Source of the DNA: Paramoeba atlantica
Lineage: Eukaryota; Protista; Discosea
DNA length: 64,000 nucleotides
Direction of reading: 5' to 3'
Assembly (NCBI GenBank): GCA_977017575.1
Contig: CDRNVI010000179.1
Location: forward strand, 1 to 64,000
Part shown: positions 61,630 to 64,000 of the stretch, piece after piece
How positions within the stretch are numbered: the first letter of the stretch is position 1
Layout of the letters: the number at the start of each line of letters is the position of its first letter
Translations under genes and position numbers: made by a program
Notes under the pieces: generated by a model
Seen by the model: the letters and a program-made list of their open reading frames with translations, nothing else
The model's database searches: none
What the model was told of the DNA's origin: nothing

Positions 61630-61755
61630 TCTTCTTCTTGTGATCTTTTTTGCAGAAGAGAGAATTGGAGAAAAGCTTGGAGGGGGACACTCCAATAATG
61701 GTGTCACCTTTTCTTTTCTCTTTCTCTTGATCACAAACAAACAGAAAGAAGAAGA

Positions 61756-63060
61756 ATGGATGGAGAAGAAGAAGGTCCAAACAAAGAAACAAAGGATTTT
61801 TTTGAAAGTGTTGGGAAAGGAGATGAAGAAGTTGTCAAATTTCTTCTTCAAAAACAATTCAAACTTGATATCAACTTCAAGTTTAAGGACAAGGTTTTTC
61901 AGAAACAATTTTCTTTTCCTTTTTTTTCTTTCTTTCTTTCTTTTCTTTTCTCTCTTGGTTCTTTGTTTCTTTTTTTCACAATTTCTTTTTTGTGAAGTAT
62001 GGACGGACTGCTCTTCACAGAGCTGCTTACTATGGTTTTGAAGAAATTGTGAAGATTCTTCTTGAACATGGAGCCAATGGTGATCTTCAAGAGGAAGTTT
62101 TGATTTTTCTGTTTTGATTTTTTTTTGTTGTTGTGGCTAAATTCTTGGAGGTTCATGTTGTTCTGTTGGTTGTGATACTTATTTCTTTTAAATAATTTCT
62201 TTTTGTTCAGTGTGGCTGGACTGCTCTTCACTATGTTACTTTTGAAGGTTTAGAAAGAATTGTGAAAATTCTTCTTGAACATGGATCTAATGTTCATCTT
62301 CAAGATAAAGTTTTCTTTTCCATTTTCTTTTTTCTTTTTTCTCTCTTTGTTTTTTGAGTTTGATTTTCTTTTTGTTCAGGATGGAGAGACTCCTCTTCAC
62401 TATGCTGCTAAACATGGTTATAAAGAAATTGCCCAAATTCTGATTGAACATGGAGCCAATGTTGATTTTCAAGATCATGTTTTCCTTTTTTGATTTTTCT
62501 TTGGTTGTTTGTCATTTTTATATTTTGATTGTTGATGTGTTATTGATTGTTCTGATGGGAATGGAGGGTGTGGTGGGTGAAATGCTGGTGGACTGTCTGA
62601 TTTGTTTTGTGTTCTTTTTTTTTTTTCCATTTTTTTTTGTTAGGATGGTAAGATTGCTCTTCACAAAGCTGCTTCCAGAGGTTTTAAAGAAACTGTGAAA
62701 ATTCTTGTTGAACATGGCTCCAACATTCAACTTGAAGACCAAGTTTTCATTTTCTTTTTTGATATCAAATTTTTGATCATTTTTTTTGTGGTTCTTTTTT
62801 TTTTTGAAACTTTCTTTTTCTTTTTTGTTAGGATGGTAAAACAGCCCTTGATGTTGCAATAGATCAGAGCATTGTTGAATTGATCATCCAATTGAAGGTT
62901 TCATTTTTATTATTTTTTTCATTTTTTTTTATTGAGAAAAAACTCAATAATACAATGGAATAATTTTTCTAGGGTAATGAATGTTACTCATTATCTCACA
63001 TTTGTTTTTTTCTTTTGGTTGCAGGGACAAACAATAAAATCAGCATCGAGGAGAGCTTGA
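61756..63060 (+). CDS. Ankyrin-repeat protein B (inverted paralogue): exons 61756-61893, 61998-62096, 62211-62309, 62380-62478, 62644-62742, 62832-62897, 63025-63060
   Basis: Same N-cap (MDGEEE.PNKETK), four 99-nt ankyrin exons and C-cap (IVELIIQLK|G.TIK.A) as gene A. Confidence 0.9.
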
Positions 63061-63660
63061 GATGAATACCATGAGACAAACTCCTTAACACGTATGATGT
63101 TCCAGATGATTTTGATAAAGACGAATTCCCACTTGTCCACCAAAGGCTGGTTTGAGACTCACCCCAGCCTCTCAACCCAATTTTTTTTTTCTCGCCCAGG
63201 GAGCACTCTGCAAAAAAAATTTACCCTCTTACAGAAGGAATATTTCGAACAAGAAGCCGAAGAGTTTCAAAAATTTTTGTCCGAATGATGTTGTGATGCA
63301 ATATCTTCACCTAATCTCTCAGTCTGTCCTGTTGAATCTCCTAATTCAAAGGGGCAAAAAATTGAGTGTCGTGCGACCCAAATTTCGAATCTAGAAGATT
63401 GGATTGTTGAGCTTGGATCAAAAGTTGCAGCCTTAAAGGAAGGAAGTATTGCAAGAGAAACAATTGAAAAACAAATTTCTTTGAAATGTGCAGAACTTGA
63501 TATGGAGTCGAAGATTTGGACCTTGGGTTCGCTGAGATCGTCCAAAAACATGGGAAGGAGGGAGAGAATCCACCAGTTGGTCTTGAAAATGCATCAAATA
63601 GCGATGATGTTTGTGATTTTGCACAAGCTGGATTGTCCTTTCAAATCCATCAATATCAAT
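63061..63660 (+). pseudogene. Possible frameshifted remnant of a C-terminal domain of ankyrin gene B
   Basis: Non-low-complexity sequence with overlapping partial ORFs, ending tatcaatga (YQ*) like the final codons of gene A. Confidence 0.35.
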
Positions 63661-64000
63661 GATAAAATTATGAAGATGAGCACAATAAGAAAGAATTTCT
63701 GTCTTTTTCTATTTCCTTTTTTTGCTCTTTGGCCCAATCAAAAGAGACAATTATGTCAACAAATCAACATCAACAAAAAGACCGACACCAACAAATCGAT
63801 CAGATTCTGATCCACGCCCTTTTCGTCTTTTTACTAAATGACGGTCGATCTTAAAAAGGAAAAATTTCGAATTTTACCGAAATTAGGAAATGGGGTCACG
63901 CGGTCACCTCCTCGGTTGTTTTTCCAAAAAAAAAAGGGGATGACCAAGATAGCATCTTTTCTTCCTTTGTTTCTCTGTTTTGTGGGATTTCTGATCCATG

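Noticed and set aside
1-64000. tRNA, rRNA and telomeric repeats
   Set aside because: No cloverleaf with T-loop/D-loop consensus, rRNA-like segment or telomeric array seen by eye; tRNAscan-SE or Infernal would be decisive.

Overview
This is eukaryotic nuclear DNA: AT-rich and gene-dense, with many short GT-AG introns filled with microsatellite and low-complexity sequence. The gene content fits a free-living protist, probably an amoebozoan (inference). By splicing by hand I can support about 24 protein-coding loci. In order: two tandem N-terminally acylated Rab32-like GTPases; an intronless bacterial-type PNPOx/FNR/2Fe-2S oxidoreductase; GBA2 glucosylceramidase with an extra C-terminal SAM-like domain; TsaE with a presequence-like N-terminus; DD3-3; a CREB/ATF-like bZIP; CAP; two J-less DnaJ-type zinc-finger genes with LD-like motifs; an orphan type I membrane protein; an AIG1-like GTPase with 10 NPF motifs; a homocysteine S-methyltransferase; a sulfotransferase-like gene next to a LamG exon; G-alpha; a tetraspanin with a Pro/Thr stalk in EC2; GAA1; a zinc-ribbon protein; a tandem-BTB protein; a homeodomain protein; a GRAM-TBC RabGAP; and a head-to-head pair of ankyrin genes built one repeat per phase-0 exon. 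I found no rRNA, tRNA, CRISPR array or transposase. Most short ORFs in the track are intron read-through, antisense shadows or microsatellite artefacts. The best candidate for a new system is the DARPin-like ankyrin exon-cassette locus at 58.8-63.1 kb. All exon structures are manual predictions with no RNA support.
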